DNA of 64,000 nt from Candidatus Poribacteria bacterium (GCA_012270795.1 JAAXHO010000131.1:14690-78689); one strand, 5' to 3'. Positions 31,602 through 42,025 are shown, numbered from the stretch's first letter. Program-made: numbers and translations. Notes: a model not told the origin generated them from the sequence alone.

Positions 31602-33647
31602 CTATAGGTGGTTTTTTGGTGGGATTATATTATGGGTTAGATCCTTACCTTTAATCTCATTTCTTGCTTTAGTTACTATTTGTTCCCAATCCCAAAGGAG
31701 TATTGTACCATCAGAACTTCCTGTAGCTAATGTCTTGCCATCATGAGAGAACTTGAGGGAATTAATTCTTTCTGTATGCCCCGTGAGTCTTCCAAGATTC
31801 CAACCCGTGTTAGCATCAATTAACTGAATTTCGTAATCCCAACCTATTATTCTTGCGATGAGTATTATCTGTCCATCAGGGGAGAATATTAACTCGTCAC
31901 CCAATCTACTATTCCCTATTGTTCCCAGTTTTTTTATCTCGTTTTGTTCAATCGTCCACAGAACAATACCTTTACGGGAGCCTGTAGCAATTCGTGTGCT
32001 GTCAGGAGAAAATGCAAATGCTGTAGTCTTTTCCATATCTTGGTGAGTTATTTCCTCTTGTGTTTTTGCATGCCATATATGTGTTGTCGCATGGGTGCCA
32101 TAAGCTGCAAATAGGTTACCATTTGGAGAATATACCAACTCTCTTTCAAAAGGTTCTCTTTCCTGAATGTTGAACATCTCCTCTCCCGTGTCAATGTTCC
32201 ATGCGATAATGCCTTCCCAATCGACACTTACTGCAAGGACCTTCTTATCGTTGGAAAGTACAAGTCCATTTACGGATTTGTCCATATCTTCCCACGGACC
32301 GGAAATCTCCTGATCTGTCGTAATATCACGTACTTTAACCCCTTCAACTTCGATTGATCCGCCTCCGCTTGCACCGAAACTTAACGGATCATACACCATT
32401 ATCCAGTTCTTGTTGTGAGTTGCAAGAAGCGTTGCATCACCAGATAATGCTACAACGTCAATAAATTTATTTTCGCCTAAAGTGAAACTGTTTAAACCGC
32501 TGCCATCTCTAACACTCCAAACATCTATTGTGCCATTCAATGCGACACTTGTAAGTATCGTGTTGTCTTTAGTAAAATCCATTGTGGAGACTGATTCTGC
32601 ATGTCCAGTGGTAAAAGTTGAAATCTCAAAACCAGTGTTTTGGTCCCAAAATCGGATCATTCCATCACAGCTGCCGCTCGCTATCGTTCTACCATCTGGG
32701 GACGCGGTTAATGCACATATCCCATTTGTATGTCCGGTAAGTATAGCAAGTTCGTCATTGGTTTCTACTGACCATAGTCTGATGATACCGTCTGCATCAC
32801 CACTTGCAAGGATTTCTCCATCGTGAGAAAACGTGACGGATAAAATCCGCGATTTGTGATTTTTTAGGATTGTGAGGTTCTTGCCATTATCTGTGTTCCA
32901 AAGGCGGACTGTCTTATCCTCACACCCGCTTGCAAGGATACTACCATCTGGAGAGAAAGCCAGTGTCCATATTTCCTTGTCTTCATTATTGAGTAATCCG
33001 GCATGCCCTCTTAGTCTAACACGGGTTTTCCCTGTTGCGTCATATAAAGCTATTCCACCGTCTTCCTTTCCAGTAGCAAATCCGTTGTATTCTTTTGAGT
33101 ATGCAATTGATTTGAATGATCCCAAATCTCCAGATCTCTGCAATATTGCACCTGATTCAATATCCCAATGATGAATTGTTCCATAAGTGTTCTCAGAAAT
33201 AAGTGTTTTTCCATCTTTAGAAAAATTCAAGTATGAAATGGAGTCATGATTTTTCCCTATTTCTATATTTTTGTTTGATAACTCAATGTGGGAATGTTTT
33301 TTTGCTGTATTTACATCCCACAGTTGTATGATAGGGTTAGCAAAACCTCCACTTGCCATTGTCTGTCCATCTGGTGAGAACGCAATTGCATTGACCTGTC
33401 CCTTATGTCCTGTAAACATTGCAGTCTCTTGACCTGTTTGGGCATCGTATAACCACAATCCGACATCTGTTCCTACAGCAAGATGTGACCCATCTGGTGA
33501 AAATCGCATGATATTTATGCCGCCTTTACCTAAGCGTGCAAGTGCTCCTTCAGGTAAACCTGCCTTCGTGTTGTCTTGGGCATAACTTGCAATGAGGCAT
33601 GACATGAATATCTGTAGAACAGTGATAAATATAAGTTTCGTTTTCAT
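31602..33647 (-). CDS. Secreted WD40-repeat protein
   Basis: Signal peptide, GLPEGALARLGKG start, and about 14 WD40 blades. Confidence 0.92.
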   Translation of the reverse strand: MKTKLIFITVLQIFMSCLIASYAQDNTKAGLPEGALARLGKGGINIMRFSPDGSHLAVGTDVGLWLYDAQTGQETAMFTGHKGQVNAIAFSPDGQTMASGGFANPIIQLWDVNTAKKHSHIELSNKNIEIGKNHDSISYLNFSKDGKTLISENTYGTIHHWDIESGAILQRSGDLGSFKSIAYSKEYNGFATGKEDGGIALYDATGKTRVRLRGHAGLLNNEDKEIWTLAFSPDGSILASGCEDKTVRLWNTDNGKNLTILKNHKSRILSVTFSHDGEILASGDADGIIRLWSVETNDELAILTGHTNGICALTASPDGRTIASGSCDGMIRFWDQNTGFEISTFTTGHAESVSTMDFTKDNTILTSVALNGTIDVWSVRDGSGLNSFTLGENKFIDVVALSGDATLLATHNKNWIMVYDPLSFGASGGGSIEVEGVKVRDITTDQEISGPWEDMDKSVNGLVLSNDKKVLAVSVDWEGIIAWNIDTGEEMFNIQEREPFERELVYSPNGNLFAAYGTHATTHIWHAKTQEEITHQDMEKTTAFAFSPDSTRIATGSRKGIVLWTIEQNEIKKLGTIGNSRLGDELIFSPDGQIILIARIIGWDYEIQLIDANTGWNLGRLTGHTERINSLKFSHDGKTLATGSSDGTILLWDWEQIVTKARNEIKGKDLTHNIIPPKNHL

Positions 33648-33658
33648 CAATTAATCTT

Positions 33659-33745
33659 CACTTCTCTAAAATTTATGGTAGATTATGGAATTAATTACAC
33701 ACTTCTCTAAAATTTATGGTAGATTATGGAATTAATTACACACTT
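33659..33745. repeat. 41-bp tandem duplication including a MITE left end
   Basis: CACTTCTCTAAAATTTATGGTAGATTATGGAATTAATTACA occurs twice, followed by CACTT. A REP doublet follows at about 33751-33851. Confidence 0.9.
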
Positions 33746-33926
33746 TTACAGGTAGGAGCGACCTCTCGGTCACGACCTGGAAATCAAGAAATCAACGGTA
33801 TAAATTCCTTATGGCATTCCCCAGGTCGCGACCGGGAGGTCGCTCCTACCAGATTTCGCAGCTAATGAGAAATTATATTTTAAAATGGTATTATTTTCAA
33901 ACTTTACTATAGTAATAAAGAGTGTA

Positions 33927-34928
33927 TTACATCTCACCATTCCATTGAAGGACAACCCCGAGTAATCCAGGATTCCATTCCATTAGCAGTTGATAGGCTT
34001 TTGGTGCGTCATGACCGGGAACGCGGTGACTAATCAATGGTGCAACATTGAACCTTTTATGTGCGATGAGAGATAACATCAACCGTCCATCATCTTCACT
34101 TGTCCAAAAATTTGGTGAGGATTCTTGTCGTGGACGAATGGAATTGTGTGCGCCATAGAGAACTAATCCCTTTTTATGTACATCCCGATAGAAGTTGACT
34201 TTGGGTGTTTCTCCGCGTGTGCTTGCCAACAACACCACGCGTGCGCCCCAACCGGCTGCAGCCAACGCGGTGGAAATTGCATCTGGATGTCCAGTTGCTT
34301 CAATAACAATATTAGGACATTTCCCCATTGTAGCATTTTTCAAATTATCGGAAAAATCAGTATCTTCTGGATTAAGGGTATGATCTGCACCGATAGTTTT
34401 TGATAGTTCAAGACGGCTATCAGTTAAATCGGCTGCGATGACTGGGACTGCCCCGCTCAACTTAGCAAGTTGCAAAGCAAGCAGTCCAATGAGTCCTTGT
34501 CCTATGACCAATGCAGATTCTCCTAATTCAATTTGTGCTTTCCGCACACCTTGTAAAGCGATGGCACTGAGATTGAAGAAGACTGCTTCTTCAGATGGAA
34601 CATCAGTAGACTCTACTTTTAGCAAGCGATTCGGAGAAGCTACAAAATGACTTGTATGTCCGTGTGTTGATGCAACGCGATCCCCTACGGCTAATCCACT
34701 CACGCCATTTCCAACATCAACAATCTGCCCGATATTACTGTAGCCGGGACGTGATGGATACCTTCCCATTGCATTTGGAAGTGCTAACAAAAACGCGCGT
34801 TCTGTTCCTGGACTGATGAGCGTACATTCTGATGCAACCAGCACTTCGTTATCCTTAGCAGACGGTATATCAAACGTCTCAATGTCAACTTTGGCACGTT
34901 CTGGCCAAATCACTCGTTGTCCTTGCAT
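33927..34928 (-). CDS. Medium-chain (Zn-binding family) alcohol dehydrogenase
   Basis: ISPGTE, PGYS..G, VGDRV, GQGLIG Rossmann motif and VIEATG. Confidence 0.88.
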   Translation of the reverse strand: MQGQRVIWPERAKVDIETFDIPSAKDNEVLVASECTLISPGTERAFLLALPNAMGRYPSRPGYSNIGQIVDVGNGVSGLAVGDRVASTHGHTSHFVASPNRLLKVESTDVPSEEAVFFNLSAIALQGVRKAQIELGESALVIGQGLIGLLALQLAKLSGAVPVIAADLTDSRLELSKTIGADHTLNPEDTDFSDNLKNATMGKCPNIVIEATGHPDAISTALAAAGWGARVVLLASTRGETPKVNFYRDVHKKGLVLYGAHNSIRPRQESSPNFWTSEDDGRLMLSLIAHKRFNVAPLISHRVPGHDAPKAYQLLMEWNPGLLGVVLQWNGEM

Positions 34929-35067
34929 AAAACATTAACCCCTTTAAATAAATGAAGGATAATCGCTTATGGAGTATACCATAAAAACGATTATCCTTCA
35001 AGTTTTAATTAGAATCAATCTCATAAATACGTTGAAGGCATGCTTGCCAGTTCACTGTTTACATCAT

Positions 35068-35207
35068 TATGGTGGATTATACAATTAATTCTACATTCTG
35101 AGTTGTAGGAGCGGCCGTGCGGTCGCTCCTACAGAAGAGATCACACGGTCGCGACCAGAGGTCGCTCCTACAGAAGAGGTGTATAATTATTTCAATAATT
35201 TACCATA
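35068..35207. mobile_element. TATGGT-ended MITE with GTAGGAGCG REP hairpins
   Basis: Copy of the 6323-6474 element. Confidence 0.8.
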
Positions 35208-35220
35208 GTTAGGGCAATCC

Positions 35221-36171
35221 CTAATTATCATCATTAACCTCTGACTCGTCAGATTTGATTTCGTATTCGGTTAATTCAAAGGTAATCACCTCGTCGGTCT
35301 GTTCCTCTACTTCTGTGTTTTTTTCCTTTGTAATTTTGACGATTCCGACGTGTGGTGCTAACCATACTGTTGTAAGAGATTTCTTGGGCTCTTCAGCAGA
35401 TTCTATGGCTTCCAATTCCTGATCTGATAATTGCTGTCTGATCTCCTCAGGCACTTCATTTTCATTAGTCGTTGTTGTTTCTAAGTGGAACTCAATTTTT
35501 AGACAGTCTTCAAACATTCCTGCCTCAGTTTCAACGGTTTCTTTGCCTGTAATTATCCCTGTCTCAACCAATGTGATAGACATTTTGTGATCTTGATCTG
35601 GAGCTTGAATCTGTATGGCCGGATTATCACTTTTCAATTCAATCTCTGTCGTTATGTCTATATTAATTTCCATAGCTGTCCACTCTTCGTTGAAATTAGC
35701 GGGGGTTGGAAGGAAGTAAAAGTTATCTTGTGCTTCAACATCGATAGTGAAATTCATATCAACACTAATTGGTAATTCTGGGGGTAACTGCTTCTGAAAT
35801 TCTTTAAGGAATTTTTGTTTTTCTCCCTCCATACTTTTCTTAAAATTCGCTTCATAGGCATTTTCACACTCTTCACCGATGGAGAAAGTTATCCACTCCT
35901 CACTAACGCGATAAAAATAGGGATGAAGAAAATAATCGAATTTTGTCCAGTCCTCCAATTGGGGTTCATAATTGAAGGCGCGATACGTCTCACCGTCAAT
36001 TTCCTCTTCCTCAACTGCGTAGCGTGTTAATTCATTTCCATTTTGATCTTCATAAACCCAAAAACTACCAAATTTATCTGGGAAATAGTAGTTTGCCCAT
36101 TCGTTGCCGAGAAGTGTTACACTAAAGCTAAATATGAACAATAGCGTGAAAATCGAACGAGAATATTTCAT
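35221..36171 (-). CDS. Exported acidic hypothetical protein
   Basis: Signal peptide, YFP...GSFWVY, ETVETEAG.F.DCLKI and WLAPHVGIVK. Confidence 0.75.
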   Translation of the reverse strand: MKYSRSIFTLLFIFSFSVTLLGNEWANYYFPDKFGSFWVYEDQNGNELTRYAVEEEEIDGETYRAFNYEPQLEDWTKFDYFLHPYFYRVSEEWITFSIGEECENAYEANFKKSMEGEKQKFLKEFQKQLPPELPISVDMNFTIDVEAQDNFYFLPTPANFNEEWTAMEINIDITTEIELKSDNPAIQIQAPDQDHKMSITLVETGIITGKETVETEAGMFEDCLKIEFHLETTTTNENEVPEEIRQQLSDQELEAIESAEEPKKSLTTVWLAPHVGIVKITKEKNTEVEEQTDEVITFELTEYEIKSDESEVNDDN

Positions 36172-36209
36172 AATTTTAATCCTCTATTTTAGATTTCTAT
36201 AGTTTAGCC

Positions 36210-36356
36210 AACCTAAGTTGCCACCTACTTTAGAATACTTTTGTTGGAGGGGTTTCTAACCCCGATTTATGACAATTCGTATCAGCATTCGTTGTTTTTC
36301 TGTTATCAATCAGGGTTAGAAACCCCTCCAACAAATAATAGGTAGCAACTCGGGTT
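36210..36356. mobile_element. AACCTAAGTTGC-ended MITE with GGAGGGGTTTCTAACCCC REP doublet
   Basis: IR AACCTAAGTTGCCACCTA / TAGGTAGCAACTCGGGTT. Close copy at 45879-46033. Confidence 0.85.
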
Positions 36357-36381
36357 AAAGGAACGACATTATGTTTGGATT

Positions 36382-38016
36382 CTACCTGTCATTAGGAATA
36401 ATCCTTAATGTCCTATAATGTCCAGTGTTGTCTAATTTTTTGAAATAGATAAGTACAAGTTTTTCGTCACTTTCTTTTAACTCTTTTACGATTTTCTCGT
36501 AATCTTTGAGGTTATTTATGGGGTTATAATCAATTTCTTTGATGAGAAACCCTTTTTGTATACCTTTATTTGCTGCGCTACTTTTAGGTTCAACGTTCGT
36601 TACAATTACACCTTCTTCGTCTTGGTGACCGTATTGTCTTGCGAGTTCAGGTGTTGGTTTTTCTACCTGCATGCCAGCAAAAGTTTCCTTTTCTTCTTCC
36701 TGTTCGGGTACAACTGGAACGTCATTTTTAGTTGCGTTTGGATCAAGGGTATTTAAAGCTTCTTCTGTGCGTTGTTCTAGTTTTGCAGTTAGTTGCTTGA
36801 TTTTGCCTTTTCGGAGTACCTGTATTTTCACTGAAGTACCGACAGCAGTTGCGCCAACTAAATGTTGCAGATGAGAGAAATCCTGTATTTTTTCATTGTT
36901 GAATACAAGAATAATGTCACCCTTTTCAATTCCTGCTTTTTCAGCTGGGCTGTTTTTTCCGACTACATGAACAAGTGCACCGTGAGGTGAATCGAGTTTG
37001 AGTTTTTCTGCTAAATCATGGGTTACTGGTCCCATGGTTATTCCGAGCCACCCGCGAACGATTTCACCATTTTCAATAAGATCAGGTAGGATCTGCTTTG
37101 CAAGATTGCTTGGAATAGCGAAACCTAAGCCAATATTGCCAGTGGTAAAACCGCCTGTAGCAATAAAGGTATTTATACCGATCAGTTCACCCCGTATGTT
37201 TATCAACGCACCTCCACTATTTCCTTTGTTAATGGGTGCATCGGTTTGAATGAATCTTCCATAGTCGGTGAATCCTGTTCTTCCTTTTGCACTTACAATA
37301 CCGCGCGTTACAGATTGTGAATAGTTTAGGGGGGTACCAATTGCGATAACCCATTCCCCGACTTCCAATGCCTCTGAATCGCCGAAGGGTAGGACAGAAA
37401 GTCCATCAGTATCAATCTTGATAACTGCTAAGTCTGTACCACCTACTCTTTGACTGGCAGAGTCACTTCCAATTAACTCTGCGGTATATTCTTTACCGTT
37501 TGCCAACGTAACAGTAATCTCTTCAGCTTTTTCAATGACATGGTTATTTGTCAAAATATAACCGTCTTCGCTGACAATCACACCAGAACCGACCCCTCGT
37601 GCAGGCGGTAGATTAGGTCTGTTCGGTCTGTTCGGTATGTTTGGAAAACCTTCTCTAAAGTCGAACTCCCACCAATCCTCGGGTCCTCTTGGATTGTCCC
37701 TGTCCCTATCTTCACGTGGAATTACCCGATACCTAAAGCGATTAGTAGTCTCGTCATTATTTTGCTTCATTGTCGTTGTAATTTGCACAACTGCAGACCG
37801 CGTCTGGGAAACAAGATTTATAAATGCACGATTGGTGCGATCAAGATACTGAAAATCCTCAGATTCTAAGAAGGGGTTATCGGTTTCACCGATAGCTGTA
37901 GGAACAACAAACTTATCTCCACTATGATGTATAATTAATCCTGTTACCAATACAAGTCCAGCAAGTACCAATATGAACGCTGCACGTCTACTGAGTTTGT
38001 TTTTCAAATTAATCAT
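36382..38016 (-). CDS. degP: HtrA/DegP (Do) serine endoprotease with two PDZ domains
   Basis: GSGVI, LTNNHVI, DLAVIK, IQTDAPINKGNSGGAL and RGWLGI. Confidence 0.93.
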   Translation of the reverse strand: MINLKNKLSRRAAFILVLAGLVLVTGLIIHHSGDKFVVPTAIGETDNPFLESEDFQYLDRTNRAFINLVSQTRSAVVQITTTMKQNNDETTNRFRYRVIPREDRDRDNPRGPEDWWEFDFREGFPNIPNRPNRPNLPPARGVGSGVIVSEDGYILTNNHVIEKAEEITVTLANGKEYTAELIGSDSASQRVGGTDLAVIKIDTDGLSVLPFGDSEALEVGEWVIAIGTPLNYSQSVTRGIVSAKGRTGFTDYGRFIQTDAPINKGNSGGALINIRGELIGINTFIATGGFTTGNIGLGFAIPSNLAKQILPDLIENGEIVRGWLGITMGPVTHDLAEKLKLDSPHGALVHVVGKNSPAEKAGIEKGDIILVFNNEKIQDFSHLQHLVGATAVGTSVKIQVLRKGKIKQLTAKLEQRTEEALNTLDPNATKNDVPVVPEQEEEKETFAGMQVEKPTPELARQYGHQDEEGVIVTNVEPKSSAANKGIQKGFLIKEIDYNPINNLKDYEKIVKELKESDEKLVLIYFKKLDNTGHYRTLRIIPNDR

Positions 38017-38135
38017 TATCTAATACCTCCACCAAAAATAATGAATTTTGTGTTGTTATGTTTCTTTCTGTTGTATGTCATAAAAACACACCTATCAAGC
38101 AACAAAGTTGCAAAAAAATAGGTGCAAAAACACTT

Positions 38136-38492
38136 CTACTCTCCACGAGAAATTTTGTCAACATGTTCACGGACAATATGTTCTGGACAATTCTTGATAA
38201 ATATCCATGCACCCGGAACCAAAATAATCAATGCTCCAATCAATAGATCTTCTATCCGTCCAACAATAGGAAAAATATCGGGTATAAAATCAATAGGGAT
38301 CACCAAATATGCGATAGCAAATGCCCCTGCAAGTATTTCTGCAATCACGAGAATTGCCTTTCGGTAGACAGGCACCCGTTCGTCACGAAATAACCGCATG
38401 GTCAAGCGAATAAAATTCGGAAAATGAAGTAAGATACGAAAAAAACGAAGGAACCCCCGTCCTTTTGCACCGAAGAAAAATGGATTGATCAT
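38136..38492 (-). CDS. DUF1232 (YkvA) family small membrane protein
   Basis: D.RVP...K, AY...PIDFIPD..P..G..ED. Confidence 0.85.
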   Translation of the reverse strand: MINPFFFGAKGRGFLRFFRILLHFPNFIRLTMRLFRDERVPVYRKAILVIAEILAGAFAIAYLVIPIDFIPDIFPIVGRIEDLLIGALIILVPGAWIFIKNCPEHIVREHVDKISRGE

Positions 38493-38565
38493 ACATCAAT
38501 TTTACCAAAATATTATGACTCAGTGCAAGTCATTTTTGTTTTCTACAATGTAAAATCGCATAGAA

Positions 38566-38860
38566 CCAGAGGCATTCAATTGTCAAGTTGTGTATCCTGT
38601 TCTAATCGTGGAATTTTTTAGTTGTTTTTTTGTGTTTTTCTCGTTTTTTTAGAAGTGTTCTCGATCGTGTCGTGATATGGGTTTATGAAGGTTTTATGAA
38701 TTTGCGAAATTCTGAAAAAAACAACTAAATGGGTTTTTTGTCGTTTTTTTATGTTGTGTTTTCTGTTTTGAGAACAATAGAAATCATGTATAATCTATTG
38801 GTATTTTATTGTTGAAATGTCTTTCAACAAAGAGACATCGTGACAATTGAATGCCTCTGG
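38566..38860. mobile_element. MITE with 20-bp perfect TIR and probable target-site duplication
   Basis: CCAGAGGCATTCAATTGTCA / TGACAATTGAATGCCTCTGG, flanked by GCATAGAA / GCATAGTA. Solo ends near 9650, 19031, 42518 and 44390. Confidence 0.85.
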
Positions 38861-39006
38861 GCATAGTACTGATTTTTTCTTTTATTTTTTGGCAAATTAT
38901 GTTAACATGTTCTCTACTGAATAGGTAATAAACGTAAATTTCCGTAATCTTTAGCGAAAATCAGATAACAAACTACATATTATGTTACACAAGGAGAATT
39001 TCAGAG

Positions 39007-39798
39007 ATGAAAATTAATCACATTTTCACTATTTTAGCGGTTACACTGATGTTGAGTGTGTCAATGTCGGGATATGCACAAGTGCAAAAAGACAGTCTTG
39101 TTGGTTGGTGGCTCTTTAATGACGAAACGGAAGAAACTGGTAACTGGGGTGATTTGGTACTTGAAGGTGCTACATTTGAGGGTGGTCAACTTGTCCTTGG
39201 AAACAGCAAGTGGGCACATACTGTTGATTACAGTGGACCTGACATCATAGAGTTGACGCTGGTAGCTTGGGTTACTTTGGACAACCTTGACGAAAAAAAT
39301 GGTTCCGCCTTAACATTGGATGGAAATAATAGAGATCAGTTTTGTGGAATTGTCTATGGTGAGAGGACTGCCAGACAGTGGATGTCCGGGAGTAGTTACT
39401 TTCATCGGACAGATGATTTTCCACAAGTAGTTACTGAAAGCAAAACTGGTGAAATGCTTTTATTAGTGATTACATACAAAGATATTGGGAATAAGTATGA
39501 GGTCACTGGCTACCGGAACGGGGAAAGTATGGGGAGCTACCAAGCTAATCACCAAGATAACACTATGGTTCTCCAAACATGGACAAAAGGGACTTCCGAA
39601 GCAATAATGGGGACGCGCCACACCACGGGCGGAGATAATAAGGTGACTCGCAATTTTATTGCTGCGCATCTGGAAGAAGCACGTATCTACAATGTTGCGT
39701 TGACAGAGGCAGATGTCCAAAAAATGCATAGTGGCGATCTACCAGTTGAAGCGCGGGGTAAACTTGCAACGCGTTGGGGAACAATAAAATCACGGTAA
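39007..39798 (+). CDS. Secreted LamG/concanavalin-like protein with C-terminal VEARGKLATRWGTIK motif
   Basis: Signal peptide, LVGWWLF, T..AWV, Y.NG and LEEARIYN.ALT..DV. Confidence 0.85.
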   Translation: MKINHIFTILAVTLMLSVSMSGYAQVQKDSLVGWWLFNDETEETGNWGDLVLEGATFEGGQLVLGNSKWAHTVDYSGPDIIELTLVAWVTLDNLDEKNGSALTLDGNNRDQFCGIVYGERTARQWMSGSSYFHRTDDFPQVVTESKTGEMLLLVITYKDIGNKYEVTGYRNGESMGSYQANHQDNTMVLQTWTKGTSEAIMGTRHTTGGDNKVTRNFIAAHLEEARIYNVALTEADVQKMHSGDLPVEARGKLATRWGTIKSR

Positions 39799-39849
39799 TT
39801 ATTTCTGTTTTGTAGGTGCGGTATCAAACCGTGCCTACAAAAATCATCT

Positions 39850-41766
39850 TCAATCCGGTAATATTCTATATCCGCTGCTAATACCTGTAGACATCCCCAC
39901 AATTGCCCACAATCCAGCACATAACATCTCTCCGATGACTAACCCGAGAAACAGGGGACGCGCTTGACGGTACGCCCTCAAACCACCATATTTCACGATA
40001 GCAAATTTCATACCCCAACCTAAAAAGATTGAAAACCAGAGTTTAAATGTCGCCCAAGAACTCAACATCGTGTAACCGAGCGGATGTAGGGGCCACCACA
40101 CAAAGGTCTGCCGCATCCACATCAACCATGCCGTAAATCCCCCGCCAAATAGGATAAAACCCGTATTCGTCCAATTTGTGCTGGTTTTTGGACTTGTTAG
40201 CAGTCCTTCAAGTTGCCGCATAAACCAGCTGCTTCCCATATAGGGGGCACCGTGTGCATATCCAACTTTGAGTGCGGAATAGTAAGACACCGCTAAACCG
40301 ATTACCATTGCCACTGCCATAGCGATTAGTAGTTGTCGTCTTTTGACGCGTGCTTCATCTGCTGCCTTCAGTCCGTTCATAATGTTTGGCATCATGAATT
40401 CACGCAAATCCAGTGTGAGACACACCGGATGCATCATTAACGATGTAAGGGTTGAGGGATGAATTTTTGATGTGCCGAGTGTTGTGAGAAAAAAACTCTG
40501 TGGTGAAAATGATGGGTTGATGAAAGGAATACCCCCGTTTATTACCTGCCATGTCAACAGGATATACATTGCAAGAAGAAACAGTACAAAGCCGACTGCA
40601 AATAAAATAGACATCCCCATCATGTGATTGAAAAAGACAAGTACACAGATTCCACCGAGAAGACCGAAGATCGTAAAACCGTAAGACATCGGTTCGTCAC
40701 TGGAACGTGATTGAAACATGTGTTTCAGGTGGTGTCGCGTTTTCCATAATGCAATTGCGACAAACACCAAGCATGCACCAGCTTCCTGTGCAGCACTAAA
40801 CGATTTTCCTGTCCATTGCACACCAGGTCCGGATGTCAGTTGGAATCCGAGCATCACACCAATGAGACATTGCAACTTGTAAAACAGGAAGAAAAACCAA
40901 ATACTAAATGATACCTCTAAAGTAAGTAGGTAACTAAAACCGACCATTGACCAGAAAATAACAATCTGAAAGGGGCGTAAGGCACTCCAAGGTCTTTCTG
41001 TCAGAAATGGATTTAACCAGAAATCACGTGGAATATGTGGCACGGATGGAAAGAATGTATGAAGTCCGTTCATTGTATGCAGGAAAACTGGAAAAGCAAA
41101 CCCAATCCACAGCGCGCCATTCTTGAAGAGTGGTGCGAGTCTGCCAGGTCCTTGTGTTACCATCTCAACGGGGAGTTTGACAAGCGGAAAAGCACATCGT
41201 TCATACTCCACCCACTGCTTTCGAAGCAATGCCGAAAGACAGATCATTACTAAATAGATCACGAGGACATAAGCACTCCAGATAAGAATCGGAGTTACCC
41301 ATGCTCCCCATGGTATAGTCTCACCAGTGAACAAACCTTCAAAAAAGGATCTGATTGCCGATTCATCGCGGACAACACGCCAATGCGGAATGTAGTGATA
41401 GAACAACGACTCCCAATCGTTTTCTGGTGTGGCAAAATATTGATATGCGACCATTGGGCTAATCGCATATCGCATCATGCCCGAAGATGGGATACCTGCA
41501 GGGGCAAGCATGATGCACCAAATTGTAATGAGTTCACTGGGGGAAAAGGCAGATGTCGGATGTATCTGTTTTAAGAGGACGTTTACCCCTAACACAAACA
41601 AAGTCAGGACAAAGAATGGGCCGACAGGAAAATGCCCACCTGCAAGAAAAATGTTTCGGATGACATAGTCGTTATATGGGGCAAGGAGACATTCAATCGT
41701 AGCACATGTCAAACCGATAATTACTGCGCGCCAAGTTAAACTCGTCCGTGTCCGTTGTTGAATCAA
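39850..41766 (-). CDS. Multi-pass membrane protein (DUF6785/DUF6784-like putative transporter)
   Basis: LRKQW...ER..FPL, WWPLHPLGY, YGG...YR.A.P.FLGL..GE and many TM helices. Confidence 0.75.
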   Translation of the reverse strand: MIQQRTRTSLTWRAVIIGLTCATIECLLAPYNDYVIRNIFLAGGHFPVGPFFVLTLFVLGVNVLLKQIHPTSAFSPSELITIWCIMLAPAGIPSSGMMRYAISPMVAYQYFATPENDWESLFYHYIPHWRVVRDESAIRSFFEGLFTGETIPWGAWVTPILIWSAYVLVIYLVMICLSALLRKQWVEYERCAFPLVKLPVEMVTQGPGRLAPLFKNGALWIGFAFPVFLHTMNGLHTFFPSVPHIPRDFWLNPFLTERPWSALRPFQIVIFWSMVGFSYLLTLEVSFSIWFFFLFYKLQCLIGVMLGFQLTSGPGVQWTGKSFSAAQEAGACLVFVAIALWKTRHHLKHMFQSRSSDEPMSYGFTIFGLLGGICVLVFFNHMMGMSILFAVGFVLFLLAMYILLTWQVINGGIPFINPSFSPQSFFLTTLGTSKIHPSTLTSLMMHPVCLTLDLREFMMPNIMNGLKAADEARVKRRQLLIAMAVAMVIGLAVSYYSALKVGYAHGAPYMGSSWFMRQLEGLLTSPKTSTNWTNTGFILFGGGFTAWLMWMRQTFVWWPLHPLGYTMLSSWATFKLWFSIFLGWGMKFAIVKYGGLRAYRQARPLFLGLVIGEMLCAGLWAIVGMSTGISSGYRILPD

Positions 41767-41868
41767 TTTCCCCTCACTTTCTTAAATTCGTCTTTGCGTC
41801 CCAATGCCATTTTTGCAATTTCGCGTTTGTAACAGGTATCAGCATATTGTATACAAACTTGTTTGATT

Positions 41869-42025
41869 ATACCAATTCAAATTAATATTGTCCCATTAAG
41901 GAATTCCACTTTTATTGCTAGTTGGGGTACCTCTCTTTGGTAGGAGCGACCTCCCGGTCGCGACCGGGAGGTCGCTCCTACCAGAACATTTTGACAAATG
42001 GCATCTTATTTTTTAGAAATGGTAT
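41869..42025. mobile_element. ATACCA-ended MITE with REP palindrome
   Basis: Copy of the 23883-24050 element. Confidence 0.85.
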
